NCBI GenBank assembly: GCA_023250055.1
Contig: JAHFBM010000002.1
Span: forward strand, 1 to 37,334
Source: a bacterium
GTDB taxonomy: Bacteria; Babelota; Babeliae; Babelales; JABDEC01
DNA length: 37,334 bases
Direction of reading: 5' to 3'
The notes below the pieces were generated by a model. The model was not told the DNA's origin. It made no database searches and saw nothing but the letters and a program-made list of their open reading frames with translations. Position numbers and translations under genes: made by a program. How positions within the stretch are numbered: the stretch's first letter is position 1; each line of letters starts with the position of its first letter. This document shows positions 24,783-33,039 of this stretch, piece after piece.

Positions 24783-27053
24783 ATGAAAAATCTAATAAAC
24801 ATTAAAATAATCTTGATGCTGAGCATATTAAGCTCACAGGCTTTAAGCGCATCAACATCTAGCCAAAATGAGATATTAAAGTTACTTACAAGTTTTGCTA
24901 ACTCTCATGGCACTGCTGTAGTTTGTAACGGCTGCGACTTAAGCAATATCGATTTTACAATACCAATTAGTAGTTTGCTAGCTGGTGTATCAGCAGCTTC
25001 TATTCCAATAACTGCCACTCAAATGACACAATCTTTGGTACAACTACTAAATAATCTAACTGTAACACTACAGTGCACAAACTTACAATATGCTAATTTA
25101 AAAGGGCTAACTTTACAAACTAACGCTGCGGATCTATCTTGTCCAAATACCTTACTATCTACTAATTTATCAAATGCAATTTTAAATTATGCCTCCCTTG
25201 AAAAAGCTAATTTAAGGAATGTTAATTTAACTAGTGCCCAACTGAATTATGCCAATATTTCTGGAGCAGATTTAACCGGATCTAGTATTACCGGAATTCT
25301 AAAGAAAGGACTCATAGCTCAAGGTGTAATTACACCATCCGGTGCAAATAGCCCAGAGAGTAATATCGTAAATATTTTAATAAGCATCGCAAATGGAAAA
25401 CCAGTTAATTGTTCTGGTTGTGATCTATCATTACAAGATTTTAGCGATACTCAAATTCAATTTTTATTCTCATTGACCTATGGTGATTCATCTTTGATTC
25501 CTGATGAAATTTATCAAGGACAGGCCCTTGGAACGCTAATCGGAAATACTCTAAAACAAGGAATTCCGGTTCATCTACAATGTGCCAACTTAAAAAAATC
25601 CACCCTAAGGGACTTAGAATGGGATGGAATTGATTTGACATGCCCAGATCCATCTGGAGATACTAGCACCAATTTAAGTGGCGCTAATATGATCGGCATC
25701 AGCTTAAAAGGTGCTAATTTAACGAGGGCCAATATGTCAGGAGCTTCTTTAGACAATGCGTCTTTTACTGAAAAAGCCATCCTGGACCATGCTAGCTTAT
25801 ATTCTGCAAGCATGACCGGCACTGATTTCACTGGCGCTTCAATGGTTGGAGTTGGATTAGGCAGCAATGATGTTACTAACGCTATTTTTAAAGAAGCAGA
25901 TTTGTCTGACTTAATACAATCAGAAAAAAGAAGCCTTACTACAATAGCTAGCCCTGTACCTGAAATAATCTACTCAGGTTTTAAGTCAGCCAAAGTTGGA
26001 ACATTAACACTCGCTGATTTTACAGGAGCTAATATCCAAGGAGCCGACTTTTCCAACCTTGGAAACATAGGGCATATGAACTTTAATGGTGCAAACTTAA
26101 CTGGTGCCCACTTTGATAATACTGATATGTCCTGTGGCCCAAATTGTGGCAGTAACTTCTATGGTACTATTTTAGACAATTCTACTTTTACAAATTCTAA
26201 TCTATCTGGCGCAAATTTAAAAACAGCTAGTCTAAATGGTGCTGATTTCACTGGTGCAACCGTAACTGGAACATTAATGGATAACATTAATTGCAAAGGT
26301 ACTAAATTCATCAATGTTACTTTAGACGGAACCAAAGGCACTACTATGACGAATGCCGATTGCTCAGGATATACTGATGCTGGTCCAACTTCATTCTCTG
26401 GCGCAACTATTACTGGCATGAACCTAAATAATTTAATTGCTCAAAATGCTGTTTTTGATCATAGTACTATTACAGATACAGATTTTACTGGATCAAATTT
26501 AGCCGGAAGCAGCTTCTATGACACAACTTTAGCAGGTAACATCAATCTAAGCGGTGTTAGTTTAAAAGAAGCAAATTTAAGTAATGTTCAAGTTACTGGA
26601 GCCATTACCAACATAAACCAAAATATACCATTCCATACTGGTCTTTATACCGACTTCTCTGGCGCAACTCTAGATAAAGCATCTAACCTTGATCAATATC
26701 TAGGTGAAAATTTAGATACTGACACCTGGGGAAATATAATGACAGGTCAATGCAAAGCGGGGTCTATGCCAATGTGTGCAGCTTTCTGCCACATGAATCC
26801 TATGGATGCCTGTCACCCATTTGATATATACAACACATCTTATTGTATAGGAAATTTACCATATGGAGGCTTCGAAACATTAAATGAATGCCAAGCCCAG
26901 GGTGGCAATCCAAATTGCCAAAAGCAATGTGACCACAATAAATGCTATGAATTTGTTTATGGTTACCAAATGAATACTAGCTCATGGAATAGCACTTGTG
27001 CAAATTCGCCTACTAGTTTAGGCCAGAAGCTACAAGATTTTGGCGGAAGGTAG
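24783..27053 (+). CDS. Secreted pentapeptide-repeat protein with duplicated 4-Cys N-terminal modules and a Cys-rich C-terminal module (paralog 2)
   Basis: Signal-like MKNLINIKIILMLSILSSQALSA. Pentapeptide runs (NLSGANLKTASLNGADFTGATVTG...). An internal duplication covers aa 29-132 and 194-301. The C-terminus reads QCKAGSMPMCAAFCHM..ACHP...CYEFVYGYQM. Confidence 0.8.
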   Translation: MKNLINIKIILMLSILSSQALSASTSSQNEILKLLTSFANSHGTAVVCNGCDLSNIDFTIPISSLLAGVSAASIPITATQMTQSLVQLLNNLTVTLQCTNLQYANLKGLTLQTNAADLSCPNTLLSTNLSNAILNYASLEKANLRNVNLTSAQLNYANISGADLTGSSITGILKKGLIAQGVITPSGANSPESNIVNILISIANGKPVNCSGCDLSLQDFSDTQIQFLFSLTYGDSSLIPDEIYQGQALGTLIGNTLKQGIPVHLQCANLKKSTLRDLEWDGIDLTCPDPSGDTSTNLSGANMIGISLKGANLTRANMSGASLDNASFTEKAILDHASLYSASMTGTDFTGASMVGVGLGSNDVTNAIFKEADLSDLIQSEKRSLTTIASPVPEIIYSGFKSAKVGTLTLADFTGANIQGADFSNLGNIGHMNFNGANLTGAHFDNTDMSCGPNCGSNFYGTILDNSTFTNSNLSGANLKTASLNGADFTGATVTGTLMDNINCKGTKFINVTLDGTKGTTMTNADCSGYTDAGPTSFSGATITGMNLNNLIAQNAVFDHSTITDTDFTGSNLAGSSFYDTTLAGNINLSGVSLKEANLSNVQVTGAITNINQNIPFHTGLYTDFSGATLDKASNLDQYLGENLDTDTWGNIMTGQCKAGSMPMCAAFCHMNPMDACHPFDIYNTSYCIGNLPYGGFETLNECQAQGGNPNCQKQCDHNKCYEFVYGYQMNTSSWNSTCANSPTSLGQKLQDFGGR

Positions 27054-27061
27054 AAAAAATA

Positions 27062-27100
27062 TTAGAGAGAGCTTATCACAATCCGACAAGCTCTCTCTAA
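27062..27100. terminator. Intrinsic terminator hairpin between convergent genes (a better fit for pal on the minus strand)
   Basis: A 13-bp stem ttagagagagctt / aagctctctctaa with a 13-nt loop. On the minus strand it is followed by tattttttc. On the plus strand the U-tract is weak. Confidence 0.6.
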
Positions 27101-27115
27101 TTAATCATTAAAAAA

Positions 27116-27730
27116 CTACTTATTTTCAATAAAATCAGTCTCTACGCGCCGATTAACACTTTGAGCATCCATACCATCTTCATCAGTCAATAACTCTGAT
27201 GCGCCATAGCCAACTGCTTTAATCTTGGCCGCGTCAACCTGATCTTTAGCTAGTTCCTTAGCTACGTTATCAGCACGACCCTGAGAAACGGCTCGATTAT
27301 AAAGTTCTGATTTAGCTATTTTGCAAGAATGGCCTTTTACTACAACTTGAGCCTTGGGGTTATTATCAATGACCTGCTTAGCCAGCTCAGCATTGTGATG
27401 AACTTTTGGCATTTCAGCCGGCTTAATAGCTGTATCATCAAAATTAAACTGAATCACTTCGCCAGCATCACTATCATAAACAATGTTATCCCATTGCGAT
27501 TCAGCCTTGGCATCTACCGCTTCACCTTCACCCTCAAAGACATCCTGAATATCATCATCTAACTTAAATTCATCTGAGTCTTCATTAAAAACATAGGTGC
27601 CACCTTCTTTAATGAACTCAGAATTAACGATTTCTTTAGGCTCTTCAACCTTTTTGACCTTCTTTTTATGCAAACAGCCACTTAAGCCGGTTGCCAAAAG
27701 AACTAATAAACTTAAATGTTTCTTTAACAT
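27116..27730 (-). CDS. pal: Peptidoglycan-associated lipoprotein / OmpA-family lipoprotein
   Basis: Lipobox LLATGLSGC, acidic linker, and a C-terminal OmpA-like domain (IQFNFDDTAIKP...NRAVSQGRADNVAKEL...GYGASELL...NRRVE). Confidence 0.8.
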   Translation of the reverse strand: MLKKHLSLLVLLATGLSGCLHKKKVKKVEEPKEIVNSEFIKEGGTYVFNEDSDEFKLDDDIQDVFEGEGEAVDAKAESQWDNIVYDSDAGEVIQFNFDDTAIKPAEMPKVHHNAELAKQVIDNNPKAQVVVKGHSCKIAKSELYNRAVSQGRADNVAKELAKDQVDAAKIKAVGYGASELLTDEDGMDAQSVNRRVETDFIENK

Positions 27731-27909
27731 ATCCCTTTACCTCTCCCTCCAATCAAATTCTAATATACGTGATATTTTTAACATATTTTTTCACACTTTG
27801 CTAGTCCCAACCACAAATTCTATCATTCCCAGACCGAATTAGTTATACTAATTTTATAGGAAAATTTAACGAGACCAGCTAAGCATCTGGGATAAAATAA
27901 AGAAATTTT

Positions 27910-29436
27910 ATGAAAAAGATTTTAATTAGTCAAAGACCCTGGGAAACCAGAGTCGCGATTATGCGCGACAATCATCTTCAAGGCATTTTGCTTTCATCTT
28001 GCACCTCTAAATACCTAGAGCGCTCCTTTTTTAAAGGAGTTGTCACAAAGGTATTACCCGGAATTCAAACAGCTTTTGTGGACATCGGCCAAGAGCGAGC
28101 TGGATTCCTGCACATTTCTGAAATGGATTTCTCACTGGCACTGTCCAGAATGGATGACAACCTTGAACTAGATGATGAAGGTGTCGAAAAGGAACAGCCT
28201 CGTCGTCGTAATATCCAAAGCACTATGGATATGGGAAAAATTCTAACTGAAGGCGAAAGTATTCTAGTCCAGGTTAGCAAAGAGCCTATTTATGAAAAAG
28301 GCGCTAAGTTAACTCGCTGCTTTACGCTTCCAGGAAGATTCGTAGTTTTGATGCCCAATATCCCACGCATTGGAATTTCTAAGAAAATTGAAAAACCCGA
28401 AGAACGGATTGCTCTCAAAAATGAGGTTCGGCAGCTATTACCAGAAGGTATGGGCGCAATTATCCGCACCTCCGCTGGTGGTCGTGACATTGGTGAACTA
28501 CGCAAAGATGTCTTGTTCCTAATTAACACTTGGAATGAGATTCAAGCAGCTTATAATAAAGTTGAAAAAACTGAACTTATCCATGAAGATTTACCAATTT
28601 CACTACGAGCTGTGCGTGATAATTTAGATGATCAGATCGAAGTTGTAATTACGGACTCTAAAGAAACCCACAGCCAATTAGTTAAGTTCGTAAAAGAAAT
28701 TGCACCTGAATTTATTTACAAAATCAAACTCTACCAGGGCCCACCAGCTTTATTTGATTTTTACAATGTTGAACGTCAAATTGAAGATGCTCTCAAAACC
28801 AAGGTTCATCTAAAATCTGGCGGATCAATTATTGTAGAGGTCACTGAAGCCATGACGGTTGTCGATGTTAATACTGGTAAATTTATCGGAAAAAGCAATC
28901 AAGAAGAAACGATTCTAAAAAACAACATGGAGGCCGCTGAAGAAGTTGCACGTCAACTAAGATTACGTAATATTGGCGGCTTGATTGTAATTGATTTTAT
29001 TGACATGCAAAACCATCCCAACCGTCAAAAGCTATTAGATCACTTTGAGAAAGCGCTAAAAGAATATGATCGCTTTCAATCAGTAGTTTTAAAAATTTCT
29101 GAGTTTGGACTGGTGCAGATGACTCGCAAGCGATCGGGCAAAACTTTAATCCAACAGCTCACCAAAGAATGCCCAACTTGCGATGGCCTAGGGCGAATTA
29201 GCTCGGATCGCACAATTTGCTATAAAATTCTCAGCAAAATCATCGATGAGATACCTCAGGCTATGGCACATCAACACAAGGACATTTCATTGCGCCTACA
29301 CCCTGAAATTTTTGAATTTCTAACATCCATAGAGTACAACACTGTCTTGGAAATAGAGAAAGATCATAAAGTCAAAATTATTATGATTAGCGACAAGGGT
29401 CTTAGTATCAATGGTTACAAAATCGACCTGGTTTAA
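27910..29436 (+). CDS. rng: Ribonuclease G/E family endoribonuclease
   Basis: S1 domain GVVTKVLPGIQTAFVDIGQERAGFLHISE, catalytic-core blocks (VVDVNTGKF; GGLIVIDFIDM) and a CPxC zinc-link (CPTCDGLG). The size (508 aa) fits RNase G. Confidence 0.85.
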   Translation: MKKILISQRPWETRVAIMRDNHLQGILLSSCTSKYLERSFFKGVVTKVLPGIQTAFVDIGQERAGFLHISEMDFSLALSRMDDNLELDDEGVEKEQPRRRNIQSTMDMGKILTEGESILVQVSKEPIYEKGAKLTRCFTLPGRFVVLMPNIPRIGISKKIEKPEERIALKNEVRQLLPEGMGAIIRTSAGGRDIGELRKDVLFLINTWNEIQAAYNKVEKTELIHEDLPISLRAVRDNLDDQIEVVITDSKETHSQLVKFVKEIAPEFIYKIKLYQGPPALFDFYNVERQIEDALKTKVHLKSGGSIIVEVTEAMTVVDVNTGKFIGKSNQEETILKNNMEAAEEVARQLRLRNIGGLIVIDFIDMQNHPNRQKLLDHFEKALKEYDRFQSVVLKISEFGLVQMTRKRSGKTLIQQLTKECPTCDGLGRISSDRTICYKILSKIIDEIPQAMAHQHKDISLRLHPEIFEFLTSIEYNTVLEIEKDHKVKIIMISDKGLSINGYKIDLV

Positions 29437-29445
29437 AATCTACTA

Positions 29446-29611
29446 TAGCTAATTGCAGTAAGCCCTGCACAAACCAGCATGTCATTGCGAGGAGCCTTTT
29501 TCTGGCGACGTGGCAATCTACTAGCTAGCTTTTTAAGTGGATCGCCACGCCCACAAGGGGCTCACGATGACGTAAGTAGATCACCACACCCACAAGGGGC
29601 TCGCGATGACG
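29446..29611 (+). repeat. Composite GC-rich hairpin repeat, copy D (tail, X module and two 39-bp Y units), inverted relative to copy C
   Basis: It starts 10 nt after the rng stop. X module attgcgaggagcctttttctggcgacgtggcaatc (29484-29518). Y units at 29534-29572 and 29573-29611 (taagtggatcgccacgcccacaaggggctcacgatgacg and a variant). Confidence 0.9.
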
Positions 29612-29733
29612 CAGTGTGCGCTACCAAGTGAGTTTGGCTATAAATCTTTTTCAATAGTCCTTACAGGATTTTATTATTTTGATATATTGGGATGTAGATT
29701 GTTGGTGCATAATTACCATAAAGGGTTACAGGC

Positions 29734-31164
29734 GTGACAGAATACGAAATAAATATTGGAATTGAAGTACATGTGCAGCTCAACACCAAGAGCAAAATCT
29801 TTTGCCCATGTCCCAATCAAATTGCTGATCAACCCAACATCAACATTTGTCAAATTTGCAGTGGCTATCCTGGAGTATTGCCGGTTTTAAATAAATCCGT
29901 AGTTGAAAGTGCAATTTTAGCAGGGCTTGCAACTGAATCACAGATTACTCCCCGAACAACCTTTTCGCGAAAACATTACTTCTATCCCGATTTACCTAAA
30001 AACTATCAGATCACCCAGCATACTGATCCGATTTGCACTGAAGGACGTATTAAAATTAAGACACTAGAAGGTCAGGATAAGTACGTTCGCTTAACTAGAA
30101 TCCACATGGAAGAAGATGCCGGCAAGAACATCCATGCTCCTCAAGCCAATGCTAGCTTTGTAAATTTAAATCGAACTGGCACACCCCTGCTGGAGATTGT
30201 CAGTTATCCTGACATTTCCGGATCACACGAAGCTAAAGAATACCTTAAAAAATTACGCTTAATTATGCAGTACCTCAAGATCTGCTCGGGAAATATGGAA
30301 GATGGCGCCTTTCGAGCGGACACTAACATCTCTGTAAGGCCAAAAGGCTCAACGCAACTTGGAACTCGCTGTGAATTAAAAAATATTAACTCATTTAAAT
30401 TTATTAGTGATGCAATTGAATATGAAGCCTCACGCCAAATTGCCTTAATTGAATCTGGCCAAAAGGTTCGCCAAGAAACACGCTTGTGGGACGCCAAAAA
30501 TCGGATGACGATCACGATGCGATCTAAAGAAGATGCCGCAGATTATCGTTATTTTGAAGACCCAGATTTGCCAATTTTGGAGATTAGTCCAGAATTTATC
30601 CAGCAATTTAGAGTCGTACTACCGGAGCTTCCTGATCAAAAGCTAGATCGTTTAATTCTATCAGGACTATCAGAGTATGAAGCTAATATTTTAATAGATG
30701 ATTTAGAGCTAGCTAATTACTTTGACGCAGCCCAAAAACATACCTCTAGCAAGCATTTGATTAACTGGGTGCTCCGCAATTTAATGGGATATATCAAAGA
30801 AGCCAAAATTAATTTAGCTGAATGCAAAGTAACCCCTGCTAAACTGGCTGAATTGGTAGAATTAATTGAGCAAGATGTTATTAATACTAGTGTTGCCCAA
30901 GATGTCTTTGAATTAACTGCTCAAGATGGTACCAGTCCAAGCCAAATTGTTGAGCAGAGAGGGCTGAAGCAAATCGGCTCTAGCGCTGAACTTGAGGCAA
31001 TTGTTATACAGATTTTAACCGAACACCCTAATGTTGTAGCAGATTACAAGTCTGGTAAAGATCGACTGTTTGGATTCTTTGTTGGTCAGGCCATGCAAAA
31101 AACTGCCGGCAAAGGCAATCCTAAAATTTTACATGAGTTATTGAAAAAACATTTAGCCAATTAA
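29734..31164 (+). CDS. gatB: Asp-tRNA(Asn)/Glu-tRNA(Gln) amidotransferase subunit B
   Basis: GTG start. YEINIGIEVHVQLNTKSKIFCPC, HMEEDAGK and a C-terminal GatB_Yqey-like domain (LFGFFVGQAMQKTAGKGNP). Confidence 0.9.
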   Translation: MTEYEINIGIEVHVQLNTKSKIFCPCPNQIADQPNINICQICSGYPGVLPVLNKSVVESAILAGLATESQITPRTTFSRKHYFYPDLPKNYQITQHTDPICTEGRIKIKTLEGQDKYVRLTRIHMEEDAGKNIHAPQANASFVNLNRTGTPLLEIVSYPDISGSHEAKEYLKKLRLIMQYLKICSGNMEDGAFRADTNISVRPKGSTQLGTRCELKNINSFKFISDAIEYEASRQIALIESGQKVRQETRLWDAKNRMTITMRSKEDAADYRYFEDPDLPILEISPEFIQQFRVVLPELPDQKLDRLILSGLSEYEANILIDDLELANYFDAAQKHTSSKHLINWVLRNLMGYIKEAKINLAECKVTPAKLAELVELIEQDVINTSVAQDVFELTAQDGTSPSQIVEQRGLKQIGSSAELEAIVIQILTEHPNVVADYKSGKDRLFGFFVGQAMQKTAGKGNPKILHELLKKHLAN

Positions 31165-31182
31165 AAAAAGGGAATACCGACT

Positions 31183-31449
31183 ATGTTATATATTTTTTTA
31201 GCAATGCTGTTCGCACTAATGTGCATCTTAATGATCTTGCTGATTTTAATTCAAAAAGGTAAAAGTAGCTTAGGAATTGGCAGCCTTAGCGGCAACAATC
31301 AAATGTTATTTGGTGGCGGTGGTGGACAAAATGTCTTTCAGAAAGCAACTTGGATCATGGGAGCCATTCTATTATTTGGATCACTGGGATTATCAGCTTT
31401 GAAGTATCGCAACTTTAATCGCAGCTCCCACTATAGCAGTCAACGTTAA
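31183..31449 (+). CDS. secG: Preprotein translocase subunit SecG
   Basis: Two TM segments flank the glycine-rich loop LIQKGKSS...LFGGGGGQNVFQKATW. 88 aa. Confidence 0.8.
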   Translation: MLYIFLAMLFALMCILMILLILIQKGKSSLGIGSLSGNNQMLFGGGGGQNVFQKATWIMGAILLFGSLGLSALKYRNFNRSSHYSSQR

Positions 31450-31469
31450 CCTTTAACCGGATTGAAGCC

Positions 31470-32252
31470 GTGTCATTTTTGCAATTTATTAATGTAATCG
31501 GCGCTGCTACAATTCGTCAGCTAAATTTTGTGGGTAGCCTGACAATGTTTGTCGCTCAAACTATCAAAACTGCGACTTCTACCCAACTAAAAGTCCATAC
31601 TGTGCTTGGTCAAATAGATCGCATTGGGATTGGATCCTTAGGCATCACTTTGATTACTGGCACGTTTGCTGGTGCAGTTTTGGCACTACAAAGCTACAAA
31701 GGCTTCCATGAACTTGGCAGTGACAACCTAATTGGTCCGATTGTCGCACTTAGTATGGCGCGAGAGCTTGGTCCAGTTCTAACTGGATTAATGGTCGCTG
31801 GCCGAGCTAGCTCGGCCATTGCGGCTGAGATTGGCACAATGCGAATTACAGAACAAATCGACGCCCTGCAGACTCTGCGCATTAACGTTTTTCAGTATTT
31901 AATAGTGCCCCGGGTCTTAGCTGGAATCATTGTTTTGCCAATTCTAGCGCTCTTTGCAATTATTTGTGGAACAGTTGGCGGATACACTATTTGCATTGGC
32001 AAACTTGGCTTAAATAGTGAAATCTTTAGAATAGGCTTAAAGAACATGGTTGATCTTGCTGATATTCGTGGCGGTATGATTAAAGCAAGTGTCTTTGGCC
32101 TGATTTTAACAACTATTGGATCATACAAAGGCTATTTCACCGATGGTGGCGCTAAGGGGGTAGGTCAAGCTACTACCGAAGCCGTCGTACTTAGCTCTAT
32201 TTTAATTATAATTAGCAACTATTTTCTAGCCGCACTACTCTTTGGACCATAG
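31470..32252 (+). CDS. mlaE: MlaE-family ABC transporter permease
   Basis: GTG start. Blocks GIGSLGITLITGTFAGAVLALQ, ELGPVLTGLMVAGRASSAIAAEIGTMRITEQIDAL and GGAKGVGQATTEAVV are typical of MlaE. Confidence 0.85.
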   Translation: MSFLQFINVIGAATIRQLNFVGSLTMFVAQTIKTATSTQLKVHTVLGQIDRIGIGSLGITLITGTFAGAVLALQSYKGFHELGSDNLIGPIVALSMARELGPVLTGLMVAGRASSAIAAEIGTMRITEQIDALQTLRINVFQYLIVPRVLAGIIVLPILALFAIICGTVGGYTICIGKLGLNSEIFRIGLKNMVDLADIRGGMIKASVFGLILTTIGSYKGYFTDGGAKGVGQATTEAVVLSSILIIISNYFLAALLFGP

Positions 32253-32253
32253 T

Positions 32254-33039
32254 ATGATTAGAATTATTGATTTAAAGAAAAACTTTGATGACTTTTGGGT
32301 CTCAAATGGCGTAAGTCTTCAAATTCCAGAAGGCAAAATGACTGTTATTGTTGGCAGATCTGGGACTGGCAAATCGGTCCTGCTTAAACAAATGATTGGT
32401 TTAATTCAACCTACTAGCGGTCAAATTCTAGTTCACAATACAGATATTACCAAAATTCAGGGCGCCTTACTAACAGATGCTTTACAACAATTTGGATATG
32501 TATTTCAATTTGCAGCTCTATTAGATTCATTAAATATTTTAGAAAATATTGGAATTACACTTTTAGAAAAGCAAACACCGCTTACTAAAGTTTTACCAAT
32601 TGTTAAAGAAAAACTAGCCTTAGTCAACCTCAATGAAGATATTTTATATAAATATCCCTCAGAACTATCTGGTGGCATGCGCAAAAGAGTTGGCCTAGCA
32701 CGAACCATGATTACCAATCCTAAAATTATTTTATATGACGAGCCAACCACTGGCCTTGACCCAATTACTACAAAAATTATTCACGAACTAATGGCTGATA
32801 TGCAAAAAAATCTACATTTAACTTCCGTTGTAATTTCCCATGATCTAGAAATTTTTAAATACGCCGACTATATTGCACTATTAGATGAAGGACAGATTCA
32901 ATTCTTTGGACCAGCAGCTAGCATCTGGGAGGCTAATAATCCCTATATCTATCAATTTATTCGCGGTTTACCAAATGGCCCTATCAAAACTGAAGGAGGA
33001 CAGCTCAAATGCCAGACCAAAAAACATATAAAAATCTAA
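32254..33039 (+). CDS. mlaF: MlaF-like ABC transporter ATP-binding protein
   Basis: Walker A GRSGTGKSV, signature LSGGMRKRVGLAR, Walker B ILYDEPTTGLDP. ATG 32254 lies 1 nt after the mlaE stop; the track uses TTG 32242. Confidence 0.8.
   Translation: MIRIIDLKKNFDDFWVSNGVSLQIPEGKMTVIVGRSGTGKSVLLKQMIGLIQPTSGQILVHNTDITKIQGALLTDALQQFGYVFQFAALLDSLNILENIGITLLEKQTPLTKVLPIVKEKLALVNLNEDILYKYPSELSGGMRKRVGLARTMITNPKIILYDEPTTGLDPITTKIIHELMADMQKNLHLTSVVISHDLEIFKYADYIALLDEGQIQFFGPAASIWEANNPYIYQFIRGLPNGPIKTEGGQLKCQTKKHIKI

Noticed and set aside
23901-26419. Antisense ORFs inside the pentapeptide-repeat genes (23901-24281, 25441-25653, 25571-25867, 26159-26419).
   Set aside because: They lie wholly inside much longer sense ORFs that have coherent repeat and domain structure. 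Repetitive coding sequence tends to leave stop-free shadow frames.
22876-27053. Very high density of N-x-S/T sequons (NLSG, NLTG, NFSG, NGTT...) in the pentapeptide proteins. Together with the TMTC/PMT-like membrane protein at 2-1900, this could suggest a glycosylation system.
   Set aside because: The sequons are an almost automatic by-product of the A(N/D)L(S/T)x pentapeptide consensus. The TPR membrane protein is 21 kb away, and its family is linked to O-mannosylation rather than N-glycosylation. There is no direct support.
27827-27892. A 7-bp inverted repeat (tcccaga ... tctggga) in the rng 5' leader, as a possible RNase E/G-type autoregulatory hairpin.
   Set aside because: The stem is short and the loop is about 52 nt, which is expected by chance in 180 bp. 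No further structure is evident.
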